Program-made: the position numbers and the translations under genes | Source: Pseudobacteriovorax sp. | GTDB taxonomy: Bacteria > Bdellovibrionota_B > Oligoflexia > Oligoflexales > Oligoflexaceae | NCBI GenBank assembly: GCA_050293845.1 | Contig: JBNKNM010000073.1 | Location: 1 to 23,952, forward strand | Direction: 5' to 3' | Length of the DNA: 23,952 nucleotides | Notes under the pieces: generated by a model | Seen by the model: the letters and a program-made list of their open reading frames with translations, nothing else | The model's database searches: none | Told to the model about the DNA's origin: nothing | Shown here: positions 1 to 8,405 of the stretch, piece after piece | Layout: each line of letters begins with the position of its first letter | Position numbering within the stretch: position 1 is the first letter of the stretch

Positions 1-1
1 A

Positions 2-82
2 ATTCTGGATTTTGAGAATATGCTAATACGAAAAACTAAAACGCTCGGTGGCTTAGTAACAAATTTTCAAATCGCAGCTTAA
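2..82 (+). CDS. C-terminal fragment of a probable integrase-core (rve)/IS-type transposase, truncated by the window edge
   Basis: Manual translation of frame 2 gives ILDFENMLIRKTKTLGGLVTNFQIAA*. This resembles the basic-LGGL-x3-[YF]-x2-AA* C-terminus I recall from many 'integrase core domain' proteins. Only 26 aa are visible. Confidence 0.5.
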   Translation: MLDFENMLIRKTKTLGGLVTNFQIAA

Positions 83-153
83 ATCGCCATCACAGGCGGA
101 TTTCGTGAAGTTACCCACCACGAACTCAGCAGAACCGGAAAAGACCCAAACGC

Positions 154-191
154 AAAAAAGCCGCTAATTTTAATTGATTAGCGGCTTTTTT
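154..191. terminator. Rho-independent terminator, probably bidirectional, downstream of tRNA-Pro
   Basis: Perfect 15-bp inverted repeat AAAAAAGCCGCTAAT (154-168) / ATTAGCGGCTTTTTT (177-191) with an 8-nt loop and A/T tracts on both sides, 12 nt past the tRNA CCA end. Confidence 0.85.
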
Positions 192-203
192 GATCTCTCT
201 AAG

Positions 204-279
204 TGGTCGGGGCGACAGGGATCGAACCTGCGACCTCATGCTCCCAAAGCACGCGCGCTACCAACTGCGCTACGCCCCG
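204..279 (-). tRNA. tRNA-Pro (anticodon TGG)
   Basis: The reverse complement CGGGGCGTAGCGCAGTTGGTAGCGCGCGTGCTTTGGGAGCATGAGGTCGCAGGTTCGATCCCTGTCGCCCCGACCA is 76 nt. It has acceptor stem CGGGGCG/CGCCCCG, anticodon loop TT-TGG-GA, T-loop GTTCGAT and an encoded CCA. Confidence 0.97.
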
Positions 280-297
280 TTCATCCGAGAGATAGCA

Positions 298-327
298 CTT
301 GTATCAAAAAACCAATTTGATAGTCAA
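298..327 (-). promoter_or_regulatory. Possible sigma70-type promoter of tRNA-Pro
   Basis: Minus strand reads TTGACT - 18 nt - TACAAG with a TG extension, just upstream of the tRNA. The -10 match is imperfect. Confidence 0.35.
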
Positions 328-364
328 TGGGTGATGTGTATTTTTCCCATTTTTAGGAAGTTAA

Positions 365-1078
365 ATGACTAATGATAAACAATTTGGCGAGCTGGTAACC
401 ACCCAAGATGGTAGTGTAACCATACGTAACCCCGAAATTAACGAAGAATATCACTCCCATTGTGGTGCCTTGGGAGAAACCTACGAACTCTACCTTAAGC
501 GATCGGGTTTCCTTGCCGCTCTCCAGCAGCATCGCCCTTTAGTCGTCTTAGATGTTGGACTGGGCCTGGGCTACAATGCCATTGCCGCCATCGAAGCCTG
601 GTTAAAAGCAGATAAACCCGGCCCCCTCACCTTAGTCAGCCTGGAAAAACAAGCCTCCCTTGTCAGCGCCATTGCCAACGGCAATGGCTCATGGTGTAGT
701 CATTGGCCCAGCCATTGGTCAGATTTAACTCGTCATTTAAAGCCTATAACAGCGAATGAATGGCAGTGTCGTATAAACCACGACAACGGAGCATCTCTGG
801 CATGGACCGTCCTCATCGGTGACGGTGCCCAAACTCCTCTCCCAAACTTGGGATATAACTTTGTGTTTCAGGATGCCTTTTCACCGAAAAAAAATCCTGA
901 GCTATGGTCCCAAGATTGGTTCCATAAGGTACGCTCTTGTGCAGCTACCGACTGCACCCTCGTGACCTACAGTGTAGCGCGGATGGTGAAAGATAACCTT
1001 GAAAGTAGCGGTTGGACCTACAAGAAAATACCAGCACCTGGTGCAAAGAAGCACTGGCTGGCAGCGCATGTGCGCTAA
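365..1078 (+). CDS. mnmD: Stand-alone MnmC-type (MnmD) SAM-dependent tRNA mnm5s2U34 methyltransferase
   Basis: Shows the TQDGSVT...EEYHSHCGA N-terminus, SAM motif VLDVGLGLGYN, DAFSPKKNPELW and LVTYS, all typical of the MnmC methyltransferase domain. No FAD-oxidase domain is fused. Confidence 0.8.
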   Translation: MTNDKQFGELVTTQDGSVTIRNPEINEEYHSHCGALGETYELYLKRSGFLAALQQHRPLVVLDVGLGLGYNAIAAIEAWLKADKPGPLTLVSLEKQASLVSAIANGNGSWCSHWPSHWSDLTRHLKPITANEWQCRINHDNGASLAWTVLIGDGAQTPLPNLGYNFVFQDAFSPKKNPELWSQDWFHKVRSCAATDCTLVTYSVARMVKDNLESSGWTYKKIPAPGAKKHWLAAHVR

Positions 1079-2112
1079 TACCACTTGAAGATCTTGGTAG
1101 CAATAGCACTACCCACGACAGCGTAAAGGAGAAGAACAGCAATTTCAAATTGGAGCTGCAGCAGCCCTTGCCCTTCTAAAGCTATCTTCCTTAAGCCATC
1201 AATAAGAGCCGTCAGGGGTAGATAGCGTACAGCATGCTGCATCCAATCTGGAAAGTTATTGATGGAAAAAAACACTCCTGACAGCATCATCATCGGCATA
1301 GAAATAATATTGGTGATCCCTGATACTGCCGGTATACTGCGGGAGCGACTGCCACAGACCATAGCAATGGCCGTAAATGCCGCCGCTCCGAACATTGTCA
1401 GCACCAAATAATCGATAAAGCGCCCGAGAATTTCAAAGTCAAAAAGCAAATAACCACCTAACATCACAGCAGCAAACTCCGTTGCTAGCACAAAGTAGCG
1501 TCCGAAAATATGAGACACGATGTATTCATAGGATTTCATAGGCGTTACTTTATATCGCTTGAGTAAGTTTTCGCGACGATTAGAAACCAGAGTCATGGCC
1601 ACCCCAAACAGGCTTGATGTCATCACGCTGAGCCCCAAAAGTCCGGGGATGAGAAAGTCTACATAACGAGAACCCTTGGCCGCTATTTTTTGGGTCGTAT
1701 AAGACACCGGATCGGTTCTGCCTCCCCATTTTTGAATCATGTCATTCACCTTTTCTTTAGCCCTTACCGCTACGGGATTGCTGGGATCAAAACGAAAGAT
1801 AAAACCGCTATCATGAGGTATGACTATGAGCTGGATCTCCCCACGCTTTATCAAGCGGTCAAATAGATCGGTTGAGCCCCGGCGCAAATCAACTTGGGGA
1901 TTTTCCGATAAAAATTGCTCCCATTCCTGATATTGATTACTATCATCCAACAAAGCCACACCATAGACTTCCGGCTTGCTCTGGGAAAAGGAAAAGCCTA
2001 AAATAACCATCCACAGCAAAGGCATAAAAATAACCCAAAAAAACGCCGATGGCTCCCGTAAAAACTCCCGCCAACGGCATTTGATCTGCTCGCGTAAACT
2101 GGGACTAAACAT
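1075..2112 (-). CDS. ABC-2 type transporter permease
   Basis: N-terminal TM segment, an extracytoplasmic loop, then YVDFLIPGLLG, RRENLLKRYKVTP, SGVFF and YLPLT with several TM helices. Overlaps the ATPase gene by 8 bp. Confidence 0.9.
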   Translation of the reverse strand: MFSPSLREQIKCRWREFLREPSAFFWVIFMPLLWMVILGFSFSQSKPEVYGVALLDDSNQYQEWEQFLSENPQVDLRRGSTDLFDRLIKRGEIQLIVIPHDSGFIFRFDPSNPVAVRAKEKVNDMIQKWGGRTDPVSYTTQKIAAKGSRYVDFLIPGLLGLSVMTSSLFGVAMTLVSNRRENLLKRYKVTPMKSYEYIVSHIFGRYFVLATEFAAVMLGGYLLFDFEILGRFIDYLVLTMFGAAAFTAIAMVCGSRSRSIPAVSGITNIISMPMMMLSGVFFSINNFPDWMQHAVRYLPLTALIDGLRKIALEGQGLLQLQFEIAVLLLYAVVGSAIATKIFKWY

Positions 2113-3031
2113 CTCGCATACTCCTTCCCGTTAAGGTCAAAAAAACATCTTCCAGTGTGGAACGCCGCAGCTCAAACCCAGTCAACCCTACATTTTGAGA
2201 CTGAGAAAAGTCTTTTAGTTTAGTGATCATAGTTAAGGGGTCATCCGTAGCTATTTCAAAGCTATTCTGCTGGTATTTCAGTTTGCTTCCCCAATGAAGA
2301 TGCTCTTCAACGGTGCTCCACTCCACAGCGGCATCGAAGGAAAACTTCAATATCTGCTCACCACAGTAGCGATGGACCAACTCATCAGGGGTGCCAGAAG
2401 CGATGATCTTGCCGTGGTCGATCACCGCAACCCGGTCAGCAAGAAAGGCTGCCTCATCCATATAATGGGTGGTCAGCAAAATACTTTTCTTTAAATTCTT
2501 GAACTCCTGCAACAGCTCCCAAATACTGCGTCTAGATTGTGGATCTAGACCAGTTGTTGGCTCATCGAGGAAGATCAGCTGGGGGTCATTGACCAAGGCA
2601 CAGGCAAGATAGATGCGTTGTTTTTGCCCCCCGGAAAGATTTTCTAAACGCTCATGAGCTTTGTCCTTAAGGTTAACCATCTCGATGGTCTTTGCCACAG
2701 ACAATCCTTGTTTAAAAAAGGAGCGGAACAAACGGATCGTTTCCTGAACTGTATTTTTTTTATAAAGTTGATTTTCCTGAAGGGTGACCCCCACCTGTTC
2801 CATAATGGTGGCACGATTGGCGCTATTAAGAGGCAGATCAAAAATCTTTACCGCACCACTATCGGGTTTTATCAGTCCTTCTAACATTTCTACTGTAGTG
2901 GTTTTTCCTGCGCCGTTAGGGCCTAGTAAGGCCAAGCACTCGCCGGGGTGGAGTTGTAAGTCTAGCCCATCAACTGCTTTGATATTTTTATAAAACTTGC
3001 GCAGCTGGCTTGCTTCGAGAAGGGGTTTCAT
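2105..3031 (-). CDS. ABC transporter ATP-binding protein (ABC-2/DrrA-like exporter)
   Basis: Walker A GPNGAGKT, signature LSGGQ, Walker B IFLDEPTTGLD, H-loop LTTHYM, C-terminal TLEDVFLTLTG. Confidence 0.95.
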   Translation of the reverse strand: MKPLLEASQLRKFYKNIKAVDGLDLQLHPGECLALLGPNGAGKTTTVEMLEGLIKPDSGAVKIFDLPLNSANRATIMEQVGVTLQENQLYKKNTVQETIRLFRSFFKQGLSVAKTIEMVNLKDKAHERLENLSGGQKQRIYLACALVNDPQLIFLDEPTTGLDPQSRRSIWELLQEFKNLKKSILLTTHYMDEAAFLADRVAVIDHGKIIASGTPDELVHRYCGEQILKFSFDAAVEWSTVEEHLHWGSKLKYQQNSFEIATDDPLTMITKLKDFSQSQNVGLTGFELRRSTLEDVFLTLTGRSMRDV

Positions 3032-3057
3032 CCTGGTTCCTCAGATGGTAAAAGCGC

Positions 3058-3086
3058 ATTCTAACGAGCCTAGCCTTTGAATTCAA
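3058..3086 (-). promoter_or_regulatory. Sigma70-like promoter for the ABC operon
   Basis: Minus strand reads TTGAAT (3086-3081) - 17 nt - TAGAAT (3063-3058). Confidence 0.6.
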
Positions 3087-3119
3087 TGGCTGGAAAGGGA
3101 TTTACCCGCAGCGAGAAAA

Positions 3120-3148
3120 TTGACGGAGACAGCAAATTTGCCTAAAAT
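3120..3148 (+). promoter_or_regulatory. Sigma70-like promoter for the FAD oxidoreductase
   Basis: TTGACG (3120-3125) - 17 nt - TAAAAT (3143-3148), followed by RBS AGGAG (3156-3160) and ATG at 3166. Confidence 0.65.
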
Positions 3149-3165
3149 CGCTCATAGGAGTGAAC

Positions 3166-4446
3166 ATGAACAATCAATTTGACATTATAATCTCAGGAGG
3201 AGGCCTTGCCGGCTCTTTGATGGCATCTAAGCTGCATCGCCTTCATCCTCAAAAATCCCTTTTAATCTTAGAAAAAGAGACGCAATTGGGAGGACGGCTG
3301 AAGTCCACCAACGCGCAGGTGGGGTCTTGGACTTATGGCCTCAACGGCAGAAGCGAAACCCTGATAGATTTTATCAACCAGGAACTTAAGGAACAAGGTC
3401 GCACCCTAGGTATGGCCGCCTTTGCCAAAGGTCAGCGGCAAACATTAGGGGTACTTGCAGCCGGCAAAATTACTGAGTTACCTTTAGATCAGTCATTTTC
3501 ACAGCAGGGGGCCCATGCCATTGCCGGAGCTGCTGCAGCCCGGGAATGGAGCCTAGTCGATGAGTGTCTCAGTCAGGTGCATAACAATCCACAAAAAGCT
3601 TCCCATCATTTTTCCCAGTTATGGAAAGGGACTCGCAAGGGGGCGGCTGCCATTGCCATAGAGCACCTCTGTAGGCTCTATGGTATTCCTGAAATTTGGG
3701 GAATGCGTGCTGCTGATGTCTTGGATCGGCAGCAGGATTTTTCCCAAAGCCAGTCCATCTACGATTGGGAATGCCTTTGCCACGAACTTTTAAAAGATGG
3801 CATCGCGGCGGGCAAGATCACACTGCAGTTGCAGACTGAAATTGGCGACGCTAGCAAAAAGTCAGAATCGGATGATTGGCAGATATCCACCACCCATGGT
3901 GCTTTTGCAGCGGATCGGTTGGTAGTCACCCAAAATCCTTGGGACGCCCTGCGGTGGCTACCGAAAAACTATTGGCCCCCAGCACTACTGGCAATACCCG
4001 TGAAAACGAAACCCATTAGCGCTGTTTTATTATCGGAAAAAATAAGCTCATATTCCAGCCTACCCGATATCGTGCTGGTACCTGCCGAAGGGGTCCAGAT
4101 TTACTTGGATCGCGACTCCCTATGTGTACAGGCAACCCTCAATTACGAATCAACCCTCGTGGCTCCCGAAGTTGTTAAGGCCATCCGCAGGCTCAAAAGG
4201 GCTCATAAAAAGTTGCTTGCTTCTCAGCAGGACTTACAAACGACCGGAGAGCACATCGCCCTGCGCCCTGTAGCTTGGAGCACCCCCCTTGCTCCTGGGG
4301 AGCGGCGTAACCTATCCAAATTGACGGCTAAAAAGTGGCAGCACCAGCAGCTGAGCTTCTGTGGTGATAGCTATGGTCCTGATATTCAAGGAGATCGTAA
4401 TATGGTTTCATCCCTAATCAGTGCCACCCAAGCCTTTACAGATTAG
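3166..4446 (+). CDS. FAD/NAD(P)-binding oxidoreductase, substrate unknown
   Basis: N-terminal Rossmann motif DIIISGGGLAG...ILEKETQLGGR and C-terminal FCGDSY. Start moved from GTG 3160 to ATG 3166 because AGGAG lies 5 nt upstream of it. Confidence 0.8.
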   Translation: MNNQFDIIISGGGLAGSLMASKLHRLHPQKSLLILEKETQLGGRLKSTNAQVGSWTYGLNGRSETLIDFINQELKEQGRTLGMAAFAKGQRQTLGVLAAGKITELPLDQSFSQQGAHAIAGAAAAREWSLVDECLSQVHNNPQKASHHFSQLWKGTRKGAAAIAIEHLCRLYGIPEIWGMRAADVLDRQQDFSQSQSIYDWECLCHELLKDGIAAGKITLQLQTEIGDASKKSESDDWQISTTHGAFAADRLVVTQNPWDALRWLPKNYWPPALLAIPVKTKPISAVLLSEKISSYSSLPDIVLVPAEGVQIYLDRDSLCVQATLNYESTLVAPEVVKAIRRLKRAHKKLLASQQDLQTTGEHIALRPVAWSTPLAPGERRNLSKLTAKKWQHQQLSFCGDSYGPDIQGDRNMVSSLISATQAFTD

Positions 4447-4460
4447 TATTCTTGCAAAAA

Positions 4461-4493
4461 AGGCAGTCAAATAGGATTACTTATTGACTGTCT
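4461..4493. terminator. Stem-loop downstream of the oxidoreductase (possible terminator)
   Basis: AGGCAGTCAA / TTGACTGTCT forms a 10-bp stem with one G-U pair. It is preceded by an A-tract and has no strong U-tract on the + strand. Confidence 0.4.
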
Positions 4494-4687
4494 GCTCAAA
4501 AAGCTCTAATGAATCCATGAAATTTTACAAGCTAACTGCTGGAGCATCGAAGTTCTTGCATTCTGGAAGCCAATTTAGCTGCAATCTTTATGGTTCCCTC
4601 TCCGGTAAGGAGGAAAAGCCACAGCGCGCCTGGCCTCAGTCTTTTCCCCAAAAGTCTTTAAACTGCCATTTACTATAGGACACTGCT

Positions 4688-5539
4688 ATGACAGCCAAAA
4701 TCATCGACGGTAAACGTGTAGCCCAGAATATTAAAAACGAACTCCAGAAAAAAATTGCCAAAGCGGTTGAATCCGGCCATCGTCCCCCCTGTTTAGCAGT
4801 AATACTCGTGGGTCATGACCCAGCTAGCGAGGTGTATGTTGGTCATAAAAAAAAGGCCTGTACCGCAGTAGGTATTACCAGCAAAAGTCTCGAGCTTCCT
4901 GAGGATACTACGCAAGAAAAGCTCAACCAACACCTTGAAGCGCTGAATGCAGATAGTACGGTTGATGGCATCCTACTGCAATTGCCGCTCCCCAAGCACC
5001 TGTGTGCTCATCAGGCTATTGATATGATTAACCCCCAAAAAGATGTGGATGGACTAACCCCTGTGAACCAAGGACTTCTGGTGTGGAAGCGTCCTGGGCT
5101 GATTTCTTGTACCCCTGCGGGCATCTTAGAACTCCTCAAATCTGAGGACATTGAATTGCGAGGAAAACGCGCTGTGGTAATGGGCAGGAGCGTGTTGGTG
5201 GGAGCACCTGTAGCAACCTTGCTTTCCAATGCAGGGGCTACCGTTCATTGTCTCAACTCAAAAACTCAGAATACTCCGGAAATAACCCGTCAAGCTGACA
5301 TCCTTATCGTAGCGACTGGAGTGTCACAGCTAGTAAAAGGGGACTGGATCAAGCCTGGAGCCGTAGTTATCGATGTCGGTATGCATCGTATCAATAACAA
5401 ATTATCAGGTGATGTTGCCTTCGATGAGGCTAAAGAGGTTGCTAGTGCCATCACTCCTGTTCCCGGAGGTGTCGGCCCCATGACCATCGCTATGCTATTA
5501 GCGAATTGCTATGAGGCTTTTGCACAGAAACACCTTTAG
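4688..5539 (+). CDS. folD: Bifunctional methylenetetrahydrofolate dehydrogenase/cyclohydrolase
   Basis: Motifs IIDGK, YVGHK, GILLQLPLP, KDVDG, CTPAG, GRSVLVG, VIDVG and ITPVPGGVGPMTIAML. Confidence 0.97.
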   Translation: MTAKIIDGKRVAQNIKNELQKKIAKAVESGHRPPCLAVILVGHDPASEVYVGHKKKACTAVGITSKSLELPEDTTQEKLNQHLEALNADSTVDGILLQLPLPKHLCAHQAIDMINPQKDVDGLTPVNQGLLVWKRPGLISCTPAGILELLKSEDIELRGKRAVVMGRSVLVGAPVATLLSNAGATVHCLNSKTQNTPEITRQADILIVATGVSQLVKGDWIKPGAVVIDVGMHRINNKLSGDVAFDEAKEVASAITPVPGGVGPMTIAMLLANCYEAFAQKHL

Positions 5540-5592
5540 TATAGGACTGCGAAACGTCAAAAAAGAAAACTAGCTGTAACCCTTTAGGGTGT

Positions 5593-5617
5593 CCTGAAAA
5601 CCGACTGGGTTTTCAGG
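5593..5617. terminator. Stem-loop between the convergent folD and DUF2058 genes
   Basis: Perfect 10-bp inverted repeat CCTGAAAACC / GGTTTTCAGG with a 5-nt loop. It lacks a clear U-tract. Confidence 0.5.
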
Positions 5618-5636
5618 CTAATGGCATATCTGGGCT

Positions 5637-6116
5637 TTATTGGTGAAAGCAGACTAATAACTCTGGCCGCAGCAATTTCAACTGTAAGCAGTTATCTTTA
5701 TCCAGCAGGTAATAGCGATCATCGAGCAGGGTCGCAATACCCAACTTCCCCTCTGAAAGCAGACTTTGCTGCTTTTTATTTACATATACTGATTCGATAG
5801 CATTATCGTCCCGCTTGAAAAAATACGGGATCCTTGCACCAGCACTTTCCAACTCACCAAAAGAGAAAACGATCTGCACGGCCTTAAGTCGCTGCTGGCT
5901 GCGTAGGTTCTCCTGGTTTAAAAGCCGGTCCTTTTCCTTACGCGCATCCAGATCTTTGGCAATCTGCAACTTGATTTCATCTGGGGGAACCTCGCTAGCA
6001 GGGAGCTTTTTCGCTGTATTTTGCTGATGTTCCTTTTTTTTTGCAGCTTTGGCTGCCTTTTTGGCTTGCTGTTTCGAGGCCAGGCCCTTCTTGAGTAATT
6101 GATCTCTCAAACTCAT
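5637..6116 (-). CDS. DUF2058 family (YaiL-like) protein
   Basis: Characteristic start MSLRDQLLKKGL, Lys/Ala-rich helix, ...EKDRLLN... and ...LSEGKLGIA.... RBS GGGAGG upstream. Confidence 0.8.
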   Translation of the reverse strand: MSLRDQLLKKGLASKQQAKKAAKAAKKKEHQQNTAKKLPASEVPPDEIKLQIAKDLDARKEKDRLLNQENLRSQQRLKAVQIVFSFGELESAGARIPYFFKRDDNAIESVYVNKKQQSLLSEGKLGIATLLDDRYYLLDKDNCLQLKLLRPELLVCFHQ

Positions 6117-6224
6117 ATGCTCCCTCCCAATTCAGTGCTTCTGAACTGATATAACATCACCGATATCCGTTGCAAAGTCTGTTTATTAACTACAAGAATT
6201 TATGGAGAAAAATTCTTATGGTGT

Positions 6225-7241
6225 TTATAGCTTGTTAGCTCTTGCCATCACGATGACAGCTAAGGTATCGGGAGAAGATTGTTTGAAGGCTAGACCGAGG
6301 TGTGTAGCCTTTTCGGAAAGCAGTAAATTTCTATGGCGCGGAGAATTCCAAAGCAGCCAGGCCATGTCCTTTTTATCCCGGCCCATAACTCGATTTTCCC
6401 CCAAAAAAGTCATATTGGCATGTAAAAGACGTCTCTTTTCCTGTTTTAGCTGCTGCCGATCATGGTGCACTGTTCCAGTTTTTAGCAACCTTTGACTGGA
6501 TAGCAATAAAGCTTTCGAATCAGTTTTTGCAGGTGGCAATTGATGATAGCTCCGCACCCGATTAATCCAGGACATTAGTCCTTCCTGTTCCATGGCGTCA
6601 AGAAATGGAGGCGTGCGTATATTGCCATTAAGGGGAATCAGGGCTAGCAGCTCCCAACCGGATCGGGCTTGCTTGGGAAGGCAACTAATCGATAAATTAC
6701 CTTCCGGTAAAAAGTAGGGATTAATCACAGGATGAGTGAAAGGACCCCGCAGCTTATAGCTAGGGACAGACCAAACCCTCTTACTCAGCCCTCCTTTGCG
6801 TGCAGCAAAGTGGAGGCTAACCCGTCGACAAAACCCATTCAAGCTGGAAATATCCAATCGCAGTATGGGACCCCGCCTTTGCACGAGAGGTGTTGGATTG
6901 GGAACCGAAGCGACCCAGCTGGATTGATCGGAGCAATGGCCAAAGCCAAGCCCTCGGTGATTATTCAACTTGGCTAGATTTAGAGCATACTGCTGTATGG
7001 CTGTAGTTGAGAGAGGCCCTCCCTTGCCGCGAATTACTTGAGCATTAATGAAAGTATCGTAGATACCGTACTGCCACAACTTTTCGCGAGCTAGTCCACC
7101 ACTGACCCCTTGGCAGATGGTTGGTCCTAACTTAGCAGATAAATCGGAACGGTGAAAAATAGGGTAAGAGTATGAGATGATGGACCAGATCACAATCGAG
7201 ATTAGTATCCCGATTGTGAATACAAAACTATTTATACTCAC
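6225..7241 (-). CDS. Membrane-anchored or secreted CAP (SCP/Allergen V5) domain protein
   Basis: C-terminal INRVRSYHQLPP...HH...GEN...WNSPRHRNLLL...HLGLA is a CAP signature, and there is an N-terminal hydrophobic segment. Start placed at in-frame GTG 7241 (the track gives 7292, a 65-bp overlap with the upstream gene); start uncertain. Confidence 0.7.
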   Translation of the reverse strand: MSINSFVFTIGILISIVIWSIISYSYPIFHRSDLSAKLGPTICQGVSGGLAREKLWQYGIYDTFINAQVIRGKGGPLSTTAIQQYALNLAKLNNHRGLGFGHCSDQSSWVASVPNPTPLVQRRGPILRLDISSLNGFCRRVSLHFAARKGGLSKRVWSVPSYKLRGPFTHPVINPYFLPEGNLSISCLPKQARSGWELLALIPLNGNIRTPPFLDAMEQEGLMSWINRVRSYHQLPPAKTDSKALLLSSQRLLKTGTVHHDRQQLKQEKRRLLHANMTFLGENRVMGRDKKDMAWLLWNSPRHRNLLLSEKATHLGLAFKQSSPDTLAVIVMARANKL

Positions 7242-8382
7242 CTTCCATGAGTTTAAAGATTGTTTGCAATTGCATGTTGGATGTTCCCTCATAAAGCTTG
7301 CCTATTTTTGCATCGCGATAATACTTTTCAGCCGGGAACTCCTTAATAAATCCATAACCACCGTAGATTTCAAGAGCTTGTGATGCTACTTTCTCAGCAA
7401 CATCAGAAGCCCAAAACTTGGCGATGGCTGCATGTTTCACAAAGGGCTTACCGGCGTCTTTGAGCCTTGCAGCGTTATAGACAGCAAGCCTCGCTGTTTC
7501 TATCAAAACTTCCATTTGAGCTAATTGGAATTGGATACCTTGGAATCCTTTGAGGGCTTTGCCAAACTGCTCCCGCTCTCCCGAGTACTTCATAGCCCCT
7601 TCAAGGGCTCCTTGAGCCAGACCCAACATCTGAGCAGCAATACCTATGCGCCCTTCATTTAGGGTTTCAATAGCGATTTTATAACCTTTACCAACTTCAC
7701 CGAGAACATTAGTCTTGGGAATCTTAGCATTTTCAAGAATAACTTCGCAGGTCGATGATGCTCTTATTCCTAGTTTAACCTCTTTTTTGCCAATAGAAAA
7801 TCCGGGAGTATCTTTTTCAACAACAAATGCTGTGATACCCTTATACCCCGCCTCAGGGTTAATATTTGCAAATACTACAAATATTTCTGCTTCTTTAGCG
7901 TTAGTAATAAAAATCTTTTTACCTTCTAAGCGCCAATGATCCCCTTCATCATAAGCACGAGATTTTAGAGCAAAGGCATCAGAGCCTGAGTTAGCCTCCG
8001 TGAGGCAATAACTCCCCACCTTCCCAGAACTTAGCTCAGGCAAATATTTTTGCTTTTGTTCCTCAGAACCCCAGTTTAAAAAGATATTATTTACGAGCGT
8101 ATTTTGAACATCAACTAAGACGCTCACTGAAGGATCGACTTTCCCTAAAGCTTCAATAGCTAGAACAGCCATAGTAAAAGAACAGCCAGAGCCGCCAAAT
8201 TTTTCAGGAACTTCAATCCCCATCAAACCCATCTCAAATAATTGTTTGATAAGGCCTTGCTCCATATGCTCAGCCTCGTCCATTTCAAGAACCTTTGGAC
8301 TGATCTGAGTCTTGGCAAACTTCGCTATTTCATCAACAAACAGGCGTTCATCATCTGTTATGATCGAAAGTGGTGATACCAT
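7228..8382 (-). CDS. Acyl-CoA dehydrogenase (short/branched-chain-like)
   Basis: Motifs YCLTEANSGSDA, GKKIFITN, KLGIRASSTCE, LNEGRIGIAAQ, REQFGK, GGYGF and YRDAKIGKLYEGTSNMQ with the catalytic Glu. Confidence 0.95.
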   Translation of the reverse strand: MVSPLSIITDDERLFVDEIAKFAKTQISPKVLEMDEAEHMEQGLIKQLFEMGLMGIEVPEKFGGSGCSFTMAVLAIEALGKVDPSVSVLVDVQNTLVNNIFLNWGSEEQKQKYLPELSSGKVGSYCLTEANSGSDAFALKSRAYDEGDHWRLEGKKIFITNAKEAEIFVVFANINPEAGYKGITAFVVEKDTPGFSIGKKEVKLGIRASSTCEVILENAKIPKTNVLGEVGKGYKIAIETLNEGRIGIAAQMLGLAQGALEGAMKYSGEREQFGKALKGFQGIQFQLAQMEVLIETARLAVYNAARLKDAGKPFVKHAAIAKFWASDVAEKVASQALEIYGGYGFIKEFPAEKYYRDAKIGKLYEGTSNMQLQTIFKLMEGEYK

Positions 8383-8405
8383 TGTGCTGCGCTCCTAACT
8401 ATGGT

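Noticed and set aside
190..372. 60-aa ORF on the + strand
   Set aside because: It is the antisense reading of tRNA-Pro and its promoter region, with no RBS or protein features.
902..2993. Short ORFs overlapping mnmD and the ABC genes (902-1084, 945-1148, 2294-2494, 2644-2841, 2654-2884, 2784-2993)
   Set aside because: They are antisense or alternative-frame shadows of well-supported genes.
4608..4635. GAGGAAAAGCC resembling the RNase P RNA motif GAGGAAAGUCC
   Set aside because: The match is imperfect, the intergenic region is too short, and the 3' partner motif is absent.
4484..4678. 64-aa ORF in the folD leader
   Set aside because: TTG start inside a hairpin, no recognisable protein features; more likely non-coding.
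5579..5617. TAGGGTGTCCTGAAAA resembling an IS/MITE end
   Set aside because: I saw no second copy or adjacent transposase; a simple stem-loop between convergent genes explains it.
7242..7292. N-terminal extension of the CAP protein given by the ORF track
   Set aside because: It overlaps the acyl-CoA dehydrogenase C-terminus; GTG 7241 places the hydrophobic segment at the N-terminus.
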